A stretch of 64,000 nt of DNA from Orbicella franksi (GCA_964199315.1 OZ116698.1:34596001-34660000), one strand, 5' to 3'. Shown: positions 34,101-47,030, numbered from the stretch's first letter. Notes: a model not told the origin generated them from the sequence alone. Numbers and translations are program-made.

Positions 34101-37100
34101 AACTATGAAACTATGAGAGGATTCATAGCCACTTTATATTTTTGAGAATTTACGTAGGTTCTGGACCTCTCTACTGATTTTTTTTATCTTTGCAAAACGT
34201 ATTTAACCATGCTTGTTACAATTCGATATTATGACATAGCACGCGCGCTGGTCCTACCTAATTCCTGTTGCGCCATCATGGTAACGTGACATGTACAGTT
34301 TCATTTTAGCTGCAAAGTTTCTGACAAGTTTAGCTGCGACTTCCTTTTGTTAATTAAAGTTTCGGCAATGTGAACATCATTCTTAACAATTCAAACCGTA
34401 CTTCGGGCCTTTGACTTTTACCAATTACCAAGCTAAGATGCGTACTGAAACTTGAGTATTTTGACTTTGCTTGCCTATATTTTTATTAATTCGAAAAAGC
34501 GAATTTCTCATTGGCAATTTTAGAAACCAGATGAAGTGTTCTCGCTCTACTGATTGTGGCGTGTTTTTAACCAGCCAATGGGATACGTCCTTCTGCGTGC
34601 ATTGTGAGAACCTTGTGGTCAACCACAAATTAAACCTGTATTAAGGACGGTGCATACTTTTGTTAGTGCGCACACGTTCTGCGCATCACGCAATGCATGG
34701 TTTACACTCCAAGCGCGCGCTAGGCTTGGGATGGACGTAATCAACTACGCTACCAGGTGCGCGACTAAAATGAAAGCAAAATTTTTCTACTGTGACCAAA
34801 TCAAGTTCAATGAACCCGTACTAAAACCAGGAATACCAGAATAGCAGCGTATCGCTAACCACCAACTGTTAACGGCTTCCAGCTGAAAAACTAGCTGTTA
34901 TCTGTCGAAAATTATTCTGAAATCCAAATGTAAACTTGTACCTGCCGATGGCGTAGTGCGCGCGCAAAACAAGTGCTAGAGACGCAAATGTTTTACTTAC
35001 TAGGGAGGTAACAGGAAAAATGTAACGGGCAACGTAAAAGTTTTCAAAAAAGATGAATAACTTTAAAAAACGCATGGTTACCCCTGCATTTTAAGTTATG
35101 ACATGGAAGTGGCAAGCCCGTTCAACACGTGATTAGTGTCTGGTTGTGAGGAAAAGTTATTGAGACTGTATTTGAGCAGAACCAGAGGAAGGCTGTCAGA
35201 GACGTTAAAAGCGCTGTTGCAACGATTTTGCCATTAAAAACATGCCAAAAATGCTTTTTATGTAACCTTTTATCATGCAGTTTTAAGATCTTATAATGTG
35301 CCGGTCTGCTTTTCTGTGTGTAAAAGCGAATTCTAAGGAAATCTGTGAAGAAATATCCTTTACTTCTCTTTTCAGAAAAGTGCTGTTGTCAGCATTTTTG
35401 TGAAGATTCAAGGCTAATTATTTCTTTGTGGATTCCAATAGCCCTTGCAAAGATCTACTTTTTGCACTTGGTCCTAATTTGGCGCCAAAACCTTTGTATT
35501 TAGTGGGCACCGTCCTTAACGCCCAAGTTGTTGTCGCTATGTTGTAAAAGAATTGGTTCATGCTTTTAGCTGTGCGTATATCGAGTTATGGATGCACTTG
35601 GGAAGTTTATAGAACACTCAAGAAGCTCTCCAAACTTCCCGCTTGCATCCATAACTCGACATACACATTTAAAAAAAGAATTGGGGTCACCGAGCTCATT
35701 TTTGAATTATAAGTACTTTAAGTTAGAATAAAGGGTTTTTCTAACTGGCTGTACTGTTGCTTTGTTGCTATAAAAGGATGACCACAACCTGTTTAACAAT
35801 GATTGAGCATTAAACTTGATTGATACCATTACTGCAGGATCGTATGACAAAGAGTGATGGTATTGATCCATCAAAGTATGTGATGAAAAAGCTGAAACTA
35901 TTATCAGCCTCCTTTTAAAAGTAATTTGCGTAAGAATAGAATCAAACCCACCTACACGTGCCAGTTTTTAGGGAGATAGACTGAGGTCTGGACTTTTACT
36001 AGACGTTTGACTTACAGTAATCTGACAAAATCTGACAGCAATTTGGCTACTAAAGACCATAGTGACCAGTAAAGACTTTCAGAGGTGCAGTTAGAGTTCG
36101 ATTGTGCAAAAATTGACTATACAATAAGCTTTTTATTTCGCTCGCTGTGATGTTCCTTTCGCCTTGAAAAATGGTTTTTAACGAATCATATTTACAAAGT
36201 TGAAACATCCCGTCCAGGCCAGGCACTCTTGCGATACATTTATTTATTAAAAATAATGAAGTTTGTTATGATATTTTATTGGACGCAATGTAAATCTCCA
36301 CAATGTTTATAGTCAAAATAACAAAAGCTAAAACTGAACTAGAATTTTCATAAGTAAAAAAGTAGAACGACATTTGTTTTTTAATGGTGGGAAAGTGGTT
36401 CGTTTTAGCCAGTTGAGAACGACTCCTCTATCACACCCACTGAACCCTGAAATTCATTTCCGATTAAAATGTTTCTAAATTTTGTATGAAATGTATATTG
36501 AACGGTAAAATATTTTAGTGTAACCTTTTCATTTGAGTTGAGTCAGTGTTCACTGAAACACATCGTTTTAACAAGCTGTTCCACGGAACTAGACTTGTGC
36601 AAAGGTCAGGTGAATGACGCGAATGCCTCGTCTGGAAGCATCTTGAAAATGATGAACATTAATTTAAGTGAGTGTTGACAAGATATTGGTGTGGTTTGGA
36701 TTGATTTGTGTATAGTATGAGCTCTTTATTTGATGACAATCAAATTGGCTCTTGATCAATGCGTGTTAAGTACAGTGGCTTAGTCGGTAAGTTATTAGTA
36801 GCTAATATAGCTTTCCTTGTAGTTGCAGTCCAACGTCCCTGACTAGCCATCTCTCGTAATCGATAGCACGTGAAAAATTCCCAAATTTCTCTTACGCATC
36901 CAAATACACTCCCACAATCAATCACACTCACTGAACAAAACCATGATCACCTACGATTTGTATGCAAATTTTACCATTTCCGCTGTTTAATACTTTCCGG
37001 CTACCCCAAACTGTCCTGTGCGATTTGACACGAAAGAACAACTGGCTTAAGCTTAAAGTTATTTAATGTCAGTGCTAGACCAAATCTAATAACAATTTAC

Positions 37101-37542
37101 GTAGTGCAAGAAGCTTCTCGATGTGTGGCTAGTTAACCCTGTTTTCATCGTGGGCTGCATTTTCTTACGATAGTGCTTTTATCAATGAATTTTAAACGGC
37201 AGTAATATATTATTGCGAATAAGCATCGACTCTTTTCGTGAAATAGAAAGTAACACTATTAATGAACGCGCAAGTTCTTACAACACGCGAGTATCCGCGT
37301 AGTTGCGCGTGACTGGACTTGGTTTTTGATCAGCACGACACGAACCAGTTTTAAGCCTTAATTCTAAACTTACCTGAATTAACTCTGTCCGCTGTTCTGA
37401 GTTGCGCTGTAGTGAAAGTACCACCTTCGTCCATACTGACCTGCCGTGCTGTGTTTGTGCCATAAAGTACCGTGAACACGTCAGAGGGACTGAAATATCT
37501 TGTGTTTGCATGTGAAGGCCCGGGCTCTAAGCTGGATGGCAT
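28186..37542 (-). CDS. PRDM6: PRDM6-like paralog G4 (about 427 aa, 4 coding exons)
   Basis: Exons 37542-37374, 33963-33698, 31024-30760, 28769-28186; total 1284 nt, in frame. Knuckle [15 protein letters not shown]; PR motifs [29 protein letters not shown]; four fingers; exon 1 carries [12 protein letters not shown]. An extra upstream coding exon cannot be excluded. Confidence 0.87.
29640..30690. repeat. Degenerate (TGAC)n tetranucleotide satellite, about 1 kb, in the last intron of G4
   Basis: Mixed TGAC/TGAT/CGGA/TGGC units; source of the spurious SQSVSQ ORFs. Confidence 0.9.
31180..32622. mobile_element. Non-autonomous TIR element with subterminal 12-mer arrays
   Basis: Ends CGGCGTCGACAAAACC / GGTTTTGTCAACGCCG; (GGATCACGGATC)n at 31208-31300 and its reverse complement at 32512-32605; AT on both flanks. 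Confidence 0.7.
33012..33170 (+). mobile_element. 3' end of an L2/Crack-type LINE
   Basis: [50 protein letters not shown] followed by (TAA)n and an AT-rich UTR. Confidence 0.65.
33355..33413. repeat. (TATG)n microsatellite
   Basis: About 14-15 perfect units; may be the tail of the adjacent LINE. Confidence 0.95.
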
Positions 37543-40500
37543 AGCAAGCTGATTTAACTAAAGAAACAAGTTCTGGTATTAGCACAAACTAATTCCATGC
37601 TTGCACAAATCAAATTTCGTTTTTAACTCTACAACTGCAACAGTTATTTCATGTGAATTAGAGTGCAATGACCTAGAGTGTAGTTACACAGGACATACTT
37701 TATTACAAATAATAACATAGAGTCAGCTAATACATTTGTGTCTTGCTGTATGTTGGCATGTCATAGGGGCGAAACAATTATCCGTGCATCTCAGAATCGT
37801 GAAGCAGAATTTGGTGATTTGTGAATTACACTTGATGTAGCCATATGTTCTCCCTTTTTGAATCAATTCATTCTTTGCCCCCTCTGAAATCATGATGAAG
37901 CAGCCATGGTCTATTCAATGCGGAAAATTATGTATTCTCCCTGATTTCTATTCTTCATCAAAGTGCTTACCAAATTTAACTCCAACCTTCGTTTAGCCTC
38001 TTCGCTAAACAAAGACATTTCCACAGCATCCGTTGTGTTTGCCTGATGTTCCTGCGAAGCTTAGTATCCTTCTTCTACTTCTTAATGTGCCGATGGACTG
38101 AACAAACAAATTTGAATACGGTTGAAGGTTCCAAAACTGTATTCTTTTCAGACTGACCTGTCATTTATCCACGCTTGGGTTGGAAATAAGCAGTTTGCAA
38201 TAACATGATTGGTTCATTTTACCCTGTGCTCGTGTGGCCCTTTTTATTGTCATTATAAAGGTAGTTGAATATGAAATTTGAAATCTTAAGCTTCCAAAGT
38301 TGATGAATTATAGAAGGATCCCACTGCATATCTGCGATAGTAATTTTTGCAATATTTGTAGTGTTATGTGCCTTTCGTTTGCATATTTGTGAAGTCTTTT
38401 CTTTGCCGTATGGCCTTTAAACCCAACCATTTTGCATACGTAACATTGATTGGCGTATTGTTCAAGAATTTCTAAAGCCATTCAAGCATGTAAAGTGTTT
38501 TTTACCAAATAAAACGGATGATCATCATTAACTTTCTTTCTATCAAGAATGAAACTAAAATTCAATTTAAGTGAAAGGAAGATGTTTCTGGGACGGATGT
38601 TTTTATGCTGAAAGAGTATTTAGTGATTAGCGGAGGAGGAGAGGAAAAGGTCACCTTTTGTCGAAGTGACACTGAAAAATTTACATAACAAGCGAGCAAC
38701 GTAATAGCATGCCACAAATACATAACTCTTTAAGCAGGCTCGAATTAGAAATTAATGACTTCTAAGGCATCCAGATAAGATTGAAAATACTTTGACATGT
38801 GACATGTGGCTGACTGTAGTAAGCTTATAAACTTCACACAAAATTACAAGTACATAACAAGTTTCCCTTGTTCGCCTTTAATCAGTAAGCTATGGCGCTT
38901 TGAACACAAGGTGTTTGTAAATGATGCTACAGAGGCTGGTTGATAAGGGCTCTTTTTAAATTTCTTGTTAACTGAGTTATAGGGTGTCTGACATGGAAAG
39001 CTTGGTTATGTAAGAAATAGGATTTGTACGGCGAGCGATCTTAAAATGAGTCGATCAATTGTGTTTAGAAACAATGGCTGCATACCAAACTCTTTCTTTG
39101 TAAAAACGAACTTTCTAGAATCCTGACAGACCATCTTCTTCAGCAGAGTTATGAACGAAATAAGATTAGAATAATAAGAAGAATAACGAAAAAGTTACCT
39201 TTTGAAATAATAAAGAAAAACTTTACTATGTAACGGTCAAATGTGTAGCCCAGTTTAGGGAATTTACAATTTGGTCAACGTGGTTACGTCGCACATCAGT
39301 GAAATTGATCACATGTCTAGATTTAATTAGAACATTAAGACATAGGAGAGTGTTAAGATTGAAGAGGTGTATTATGAAAAGTGGAACATTTGAAGTTACA
39401 GAATAATAATGAGCAGTTTCGTTGTTTATGACCAATAATTTACTTTTTCTTACAAAAACCCTGATGAGTGTGGGTGATGGCAAAATGTTTACGAGACGTT
39501 TTTTTATTTTTATTTTTTTAATTGTTTTGTATGTTTACGAAATTTAATTGGATAAAAGCTTAAGGCACAGTGTTCGGACTGATAATCAAAAGTTTTCTTT
39601 CCTAATTTCCCTATCATGGTGACAAAAAACACTAAATATACAAATAAGTTGGATGAAAAGATTAAAAGATAAAGAGCAAAACAGAACAACTATTTTGGGT
39701 TGAAGTTCAGGATTACAAGGATGGAACCCGGGCAACTGTACAACTGATGACGGAATAACACAGATTCAAAGAGGTAACGAGAGAATAGTTCCACAATGAA
39801 AGAAAAACATAACATCGAACGGCTGAAAATTAGTTGAAACAGCCTAGTGCAACCTTTAAAATCCTTTCAAAACATCATGAACAACGGAACCAAACGCTGG
39901 ACAACTGTGAGTAAATTTTGTATTTTGCCATCTGAAAGGATTTGTTGTTAACCGTTATTGCAGTTGATGCTAGGTTTTGTCTTTTCTGTCCGATTGCATC
40001 GTTTTCACCTTTGCAACAGCCGTAATTTCTTGATCAATTGTAATTAGTATTGAAAAAGATCTTGCAGAGAGCTTACGAGATTTGTAAATTTTTGTATTCT
40101 TTGTTATTATTTTGTTACGTTTATTTTGTTATGTTTTTCTTATTTAATATCATTGTAGTTGATGCCAGGTTTTGTCTTTTCTGTCAGAGTTCCCTGTTTT
40201 CATCTTTTCAACAGGCGTAATATCCTTAATAAATTGAAATTAGCACTCGAAAAGATCTTGCAGACGCAGTGACAAATTGTGTGAGGTTCTAAATACTAGA
40301 AGCTTCTATCCTTAATAACTCGTCCTGATTCAGTTTCTAGCTTTCTGATTAACATTTTCCAAAGTCCTATCAGTATCCATTAAATATCAGATAATTTATT
40401 TTGTGCAGAAACAGTCACGTGATGAAATGATATCGCCAGATAAATCTTGTGGTATTTTGAGACAAGAATAGAATATCATGTGCTTTCGTGCCTCCATGGA

Positions 40501-40689
40501 GTCATTGGCAATAAAAGTAATGAAATTAGTCATTGGCAACAAATTAGTTATTGGCAACAAAACCTGTTTTATTATTAAAGTGGAGGTTTGGGAGAAATAT
40601 AAGTGGTGGAAACACGAGCCACATTTTGTAAAGTTGATTTGAGTCGAGTTGAGTTGAGTGTCATACGGATTGCTGTCACTGAATCCACG

Positions 40690-41509
40690 TGTAACAAAAT
40701 ACACAGAAAATCCAGGAGATTAAAAGTAGGCAACCAGATGCTTTTCAAAATCAAGGTTGCCTACGTCCAACCTTCCTTTGGTGTGCGAAAAATAAAAAAA
40801 AAGATTGTAAAAAAGAGGCTTCAAAACGTCTCAATGACCCTTTGAGGAAACAAGGCGTGCGTCACACGGGTTGCTGAATCCGCGTATAAAAAAGCAGAGA
40901 AAATCCAGGAGAAGAAACAAACAAGATAATTTTTAAATTAAGATTGACAAGGCGCAAGCCGCCAGTGAGAAATACCAAAACTTTAAAATATTAAAATAAA
41001 ATAGCTTTAAAACGTCTCAAAGACTTTATGGGGAAAATGGAAAGTGTAGCACGGATTGCTCCTTTTCAATCTATGTGTAAAAGAGCAGAGAAAATCCAGG
41101 TAAAAAACAAGATGCTTTTCAAAATTAAGGTTGACTAGGCGCAACCTACCTGTGGAAACCCGAAAATTTATAACATTGAAAAAAAGGTTTAAAATGTCTC
41201 AAAGACCCTGTAGAAGAAAAGACGTGTGTCACACGGGCTGCTGCCACTGAATTCGCGTGTAAAAAGAGCAGAAAAGATCCAGAAGAAGAAACAAACAAGA
41301 TACTTTTATAAATTAGGCTTAACTATGCGCAACCCATGTCTGGGAATTGGAAATGTTAAAAAAATCAGTAAACCTTCACAATATCTCAAAGACCTTTTGG
41401 TGAAAAAAGGCTTGTGTCAGACGGGTTGTCGGACCTGGACCCGCGTGTAAGAAAGAAGAGAAAATCCGCGAGAAGTTAAAAAAGGACGCTTTTCAAAATT
41501 AAGGTTAAA
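40690..41509. repeat. Diverged tandem repeat, about 185-190 bp period, about 4.5 units
   Basis: AGAAAATCCAGG..AACAAGAT..TTTTCAAAATTAAGGTT recurs at about 40705, 40898, 41088, 41270 and 41458; the last unit abuts the DIRS end. Confidence 0.75.
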
Positions 41510-41587
41510 AATGAGAATTATACTAGGGCTGCGAAGCGGCCTGAAGTTGTAATTCAAATTGTATGAACAGTTGAAGTGAGAAATAAA

Positions 41588-41749
41588 TGAGACAACAAAT
41601 GGTAGGACTTTCCTGGTTAGTGCTTCAAACCACTTTTTAACGCCAACAGAAGGGCGAACCCCCCTGAAGAAACAGTAGAAGGGGCCTGGTATACCCACAA
41701 GGCCCAGGGACCTAGATCTCTTAGACCCATGATGCTTCGGTGGCTTTTT
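41588..41749. repeat. DIRS right inverted terminal repeat
   Basis: Reverse complement of 52889-53031 (TGAGACAACAAATGGTAGG..AACGCCAACAGAAGGGCGAACCCC..CATGATGCTTCG), with an 18-bp extra segment. Confidence 0.9.
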
Positions 41750-41818
41750 GACGCCATGGAATAGACAGGCAAAAGAGAGACCCCATAGAAGGGAGGGAAG
41801 AAGGGTGGGAAGCTCATA

Positions 41819-41940
41819 TATTTCTCACTTCATCTGTTCATATAATTTGAATGATAACTTAGGGCCGCTTCGCGGCCCTAGTATAATTCTCATTATATTT
41901 CACAGGCTCCGTTCGAAATATATGAGACAACAAATGGTAG
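41819..41940. repeat. DIRS internal complementary region (ICR)
   Basis: 41819-41894 is the reverse complement of the outer end 41510-41586. 41892-41940 matches the reverse complement of the other end, 53013-53062. The two halves join through ATT. Confidence 0.88.
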
Positions 41941-42057
41941 TTTTTAACGCTGCTACTAAGAGCGATAAAACAGCCATGGTTCCACATAACAAAACATTTA
42001 TATATATTATATATAATTCAAAACTTAACAGGAGAATAGCTGAGTTTACACGTAGAT

Positions 42058-42900
42058 CTACTTTGAGGATAAGACCCCTGTAGCAAAGTCTGAAGTAAAC
42101 AAGGGTTTATAGTAAAATGTTCTGAAAGTTGAAGCAGAAGACCAGTCGGCTATTGGCATGATACTCGACAGCGGGACAAATGCATTGGCTGCTGCTGTCG
42201 TAGATGCACCACGCACAGAGTGAGCTTTAAAAATTTGACTGTCTATTTCTGCTGGACTCATAAAGGTTCGTGGCTAACGCCCCAACGTCGTAGAAGTGAC
42301 CGGTTTGTGGGGGCGTTTAAATGAAATAAACAACTTATTGGGAAGAGAAGACGGGATAACGGGTCAAACATTCCTGGATAATTTTACATATTGTCTAAAA
42401 CAATCCACGGGACGACAGAGCTTCTTGTCTTGGTCAAAGCGGGCAAAAAATTGCTTCCGCTGGTTCATCCGCATTGCCAGTTTTTCTAGGGACGGTGAGT
42501 TTGAAAGAAACTCCTGGAAGGACGCTGCAATGTCTGAGATCCAGGGAAGCCAAGGCAGAAATCTGTTCAGGACAGGTTAATGCAAACAGGGTGCTAACTT
42601 CAATGAGATAGTTTTAATTGATAGGGTGCTGCTTTTCCACAAAGAAATCATGTATTCAATCATGGCATCAACATTCCAGGTATGGGAATACCTGCGCTTG
42701 AGAGGACGTTTATTGAGAGCTCCTTTAAGGATCCTAGCAACGTAAGGATGCTGACCCACTGAAAAACTGTCTATCTTTGGATGAGTTGATGAAATAGCAG
42801 AACGAAGGACGTTAAGTGATCGGTATGCTAAGCCTTCGTTTAAGGGTTCTGTTAAGAAATTTAGAATGTCACTTATAGATGACGAGAGAGGGTCAATTTG
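42058..42900 (-). pseudogene. DIRS tyrosine recombinase (frameshifted)
   Basis: ISDILNFL..GLAYRSLNVLRSAISSTH..GQHPYVARILKG (N-terminal part) and FKAHSVRGASTTAA..DWSSASTFRTFYYKP (catalytic C-terminus), in different frames with stops between. Confidence 0.85.
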
Positions 42901-43115
42901 CCGTCCAGGGGTACGACGAGGTGGAGGTACGAGTTGCTGCGATGAGTGGATCGGCAACGTTTGTTGAAATGCCCTCAGCTTGAAAACCTTGGTAGAGATG
43001 TGAAACACGGCCAAGTGAAGGCGAGGATACATTGGATGAACTCGGTTCAGGTCGGTCGGGTCCGTTAAGAGGGTTGGATTGTTCAGTAGCAAAACTAGCT
43101 GAGATATTAGAAGTC

Positions 43116-46100
43116 TCAGCAGAACCGGCCACCAGGGCTGGGCCGAGCAAGGAGAATTAGTTCCGTTTGGTCGATCGTTACCTTCGGTAAGGTTTTGGAT
43201 ATCAGATTGAAGAGGGGGAAGGCATAGCTCCGTAGAGGAGCCCAGTTTATCGTAAAGGCGTCTGTGTGGATGGCTTCCGGGTCGGGTCTCCAACTGATGT
43301 AATCCGACGGTTGGTTGGTTAGGCGACTCGCAAACAGATCCGTCAGACAATTCAGCAGAAAAAAGGCTGAATAATTGTTCGGACCAGCTTCCACTCGCTC
43401 ATGTCCTTGAATTCTCTGGACTCCTTGTCCGCTGAGACGTTGTCTCTTCCTAGGATGTGAGAAGCTATCACAAGGATGTCTCTTTCCCAACACCAATCCC
43501 ACATCTCTAAGGCCAGAGTCATATGTTGGGAGGAACGTGTACCCCCTTTCACGGGACGAAATCACATGTTTCCGTATTTCTGAAACGTGGCGGAAACATG
43601 TAACTCCATGTTTCCGTTATGTTTACGTCTTGCGGAAACGTGAAAATTCAAGTCTACGTGATTCCGTCACGTTTCCGGAAAGGAAATGCCAAGTCACGTT
43701 TCCGTCATATTTAAACTAGCAGATTTCCGCCGTTGTTCGTTTCCGTCACGTTTCTGCAAACGGATTTGCAGTTGTTTGCTACATCTACCAAAGCACAAAA
43801 GCGAGATGGTTCTTTGAACAACAATGAATATTAACATTTTAACCAGTAGGAGACGAACTACAGCTGCAGCCGCAGGAAGTACCTCACCTCACACTTCATA
43901 AAATGACAAATATAAGGTGGTATGAGGAGTCCGTGTAAGGACCCTTAATGTATAAGGACTGTGCAGTGATCAGTATACGTTTGCTCCCTTACTCCTATGT
44001 ACACTAGTTCTTACACATAACCGTACAAGTGTCAGGGCAATCTTATATTTATTCCCTTAACCCAGTAATCCAACTGAATTTTTAACCTTGCCTCTTCAAA
44101 GTTATACAATACTGAATATAGTTTTCATCTAAAAATATTCCTGGTACGTAACTTTCCAAATGTTTCTGTCAGGATGCGATTTGAGCTGGTTCGAAGCCAG
44201 TTGAGCCGGTAGGCCCAAATGAGACAGTTGTGTGAATTGAGCTGGTTGAGGGTTGTCCAATACACACAAACGGAGTCCAGTGGAATGGCACTCAGTCCAT
44301 TGGTAATCCATTGGGAAATGTCTCCACATGGGGATTTATAAAAACTTAGAATATTTCCGATGGCTTCAGGTTGAGTAGGGGTCCATTCTACTCGTCCATT
44401 GGTACCAATGGTATGATTTGTACTAATGGAATTGCACCATTGGTGAAATGCATCTCATTGTAAAGTCGTAGAATTGTCGTGCTATTGGTGCCAATGGAAT
44501 TGCACTTATTCGATTGGTGTTCCATTGGTGAAATGCATCTTATTATAAAGACTTAGAATATTTCCGATGGCTTCAGGCTGAGTAGGGGTGCAATCTACTC
44601 GTCCATTGGTACCAATGGTACGATTGGTACCAGTGGAATAGCGCTCAATCCATTGGTATTCCATTGGTGAAATGCATCTCATTTTAAAGACGCAGAATAT
44701 TTCCAATTGTTTCTGGCTGAGTAGGGGTGCATTCTACTCCTCCATTGGTACCAATGATACGATTGGTACCAATGGAATAGCACTCAATCCATTGGTATTC
44801 CATTGGTGTAGCGCATGTCATCATAGAGACTTAGAATATTTCCGATGGCTTCAGGCTGAGTAGGGGTCCATTCTACTCGTCCAACCAATGGTACAATTGG
44901 TACCAATGGAATTGCATTATTCGATTGGTATTCCATTGGTGAAATGCATCTTATTATAAAGACTGGATATTTCCGATGGCTTCAGGCTGAGTAGGGGTCC
45001 ATTCTACTCGTCCAACCAATGGTACAATTGGTACCAATGGAATTGCACTTATTCGATTGGTGTTCCATTGGTGAAATGCATCTCATTATAAAGTCGTAGA
45101 ATATTTCCAGTTGTTTCTGGCTGAGTAGGGGTGCATTCTACTCGTCCATTGGTACCAATGGTACGATTGGTACCAATGGAATAGCACTCAATCCATTGGT
45201 ATTTCATTGGTGAAGCGCATGTCATTATAAAGAGTTTGAATATTTCCGATGGCTTCAGGCTGAGTAGGGGTCCATTCTACTCGTCCATTGGTACCACCAG
45301 TGGTACGATTGGTGCCAATGGAATTGCACTTATTCGATTGGTGTTTCATTGGTAAAATGCATCTTATTGTAAAGACATAGAATATTTTTTGTATATTCTT
45401 CGTTCTTAAAGCGTGCGAGCCCAAAACACACGCTAAATACAATGCCCGACATACAATATGTATATTCTTCGTTCTCAAAGCGTGCGAGCCCAAACACACG
45501 GTAAATACAATTTATATTCTTCGTTCTTAAAGCGTGGGAGCCCAAACACACACTAAATACAATGCATATTCTTCGTTATGAAAGCGAGCCCAAACACACG
45601 CTAAATACAATTTATATTCTTCGTTCTCATGCCATTTGTGTTTGCCTAAAGTGTGGGAGCCCAAAAGCGCTAAATAAATACGATATGTATATTCTTCGTT
45701 CTTAAAGTGTGCGAGCCCAAACACACGGTAAATACAATGTATATTCTTCGTTCGTAAAGCGCCAACGCTTGCATCAACGACAAATTTGTTGTTGATGTAA
45801 GCGTTGGTGGTCCTGTTGTCTAACTGGAGAGATACGTTTACGTGAAACTTGCCTTTGAGAAAGGTTTTTAAGCCAAAAAGGACGCCTTTAGCTCCAGATA
45901 ATTGATGTGTTGGAGAGACCCTTTTTGTGACCATCTGCCATTGGTCTGAAGGGATTGATGAACTGCGCCCCAACCTTTCTTGGAGGCGTCAGTTGCGATG
46001 ATCATATCCGATGGAGGAAGGTGCACGGGACTGCCGTTTGCATTGAGGGTGTTTCAACCACCACGCAAGTTCTACTCTGGCACTCGATGACAGGGCAAAC

Positions 46101-47030
46101 AAAGCGTCGTAAGACTCCTGGTTTATTTGTAGGCCCCTTATCAGATCTGACTGCAAGTTACGAAAGTGTAGTGGAGCTCGCCAAATGGCTGGTCTCGAGG
46201 ACTCTAACAGACCTATTAAACTTGCTAGGTTTCGCAATGTGATACTTTGAGAAACGAGCAGACTGTGACAACAGTCTAGAAATTTGTTGTCCTTTTCTGC
46301 CGGGAGTGATATCATCATGCACAATGAGTCTATTTGGAAACCCAGGAAGGTTATCACTTGTGTTAGAATCAGTAATGATTTCCTGAGGTTTATTGGAAAA
46401 CCTAGGGACTAGAGGAGAGTCACTACCAGCTGAGTATTTCTCCCAGCTTCCTCCATTGCTGCAGCCAAAAGAAGAAAGTCGTCCAGGTAAATAAGGACTC
46501 GAATAGCCTTCCTCCTCAGGAATGCGGCAACAGGTTTTAGAACTTTCGTAAAAATTCTGGGGGCTGAACACAGGCCGAATGGGAGAGCTTTGAACTGGTA
46601 ACATGTTCCCTTCCAAATGAAGCGAAGGAACTTTCGGAAAGACTCGTGAACAGGTACAGAAAAGTGAGCATCTTTTAAATCTATATTTGTCATAAAATCT
46701 CCTGGTAATAGCAACGTCTTTAGGCAACTGAGGTTTTTCATCTGGAAATGCCCGATTACGGTGAACTTGTTCAAGGAACGTAGGTCTACGGCACCAGACG
46801 CATAGATCCTCCCTTTTTGGATACAAGAAACAGGCGGCTGTAAAAAGCGTCTCTGGTAAAAGGAGTCTTATGTATGGCCCCTTTTTGCAATAACTCGTTC
46901 ACTTCATGGGATATTAGGAGTGCTTCCTGATCCGATGTTTGGATAAATGGTGGAGACTTTTGAAAAGGAGTTTTGAGGAAACTTATCTTGTAACCTGAAA
47001 CAATTGAGAGAATCTGTGAGTCCGATGTTA
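43116..47030 (-). pseudogene. DIRS pol: RT, RNase H and adenine-methyltransferase-like domain (broken, split by the 43550-45784 insert)
   Basis: IDLKDA..LPFGLCSAPRIFTK..IYLDDFL; FLGFQIDS; DNRTTNAYINNK|GGTRS..HILGRDNVSADKESR; DLFASRL..DAFTINW..YAFPLFNLI. Confidence 0.87.
43550..45784. repeat. Composite repeat-array insert inside the DIRS RNase H domain
   Basis: GTTTCCG clusters (43568-43755), a palindrome-rich array of about 135-140 bp units (44290-45390), and about 7 copies of a roughly 55-bp unit TATTCTTCGTTC..GAGCCCAAACACAC..TAAATACAAT (45392-45760). The DIRS reading AYINNK/KGGTRS resumes exactly across it. Confidence 0.85.

Noticed and set aside
34869-35075. Alternative first exon for G4, analogous to that of G2
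   Set aside because: The donor near 34940 is in the wrong phase for this ORF, and the phase-1 frame has a stop and no ATG.
1445-36970. Repeated octamer motifs ATTTGCAT/ATGCAAAT
   Set aside because: About 7 seen versus roughly 4 expected by chance at this AT content; no clustering.
37700-38560. Degenerate coding-like sequence on the - strand (also about 17800-18450 and 20000-20800)
   Set aside because: Many stops and no diagnostic motif; probably old transposon remnants, but unassignable by eye.
45392-45760. CRISPR-like repeat array
   Set aside because: Units are about 55 bp, degenerate and nearly contiguous with no unique spacers; no cas genes; eukaryotic context.
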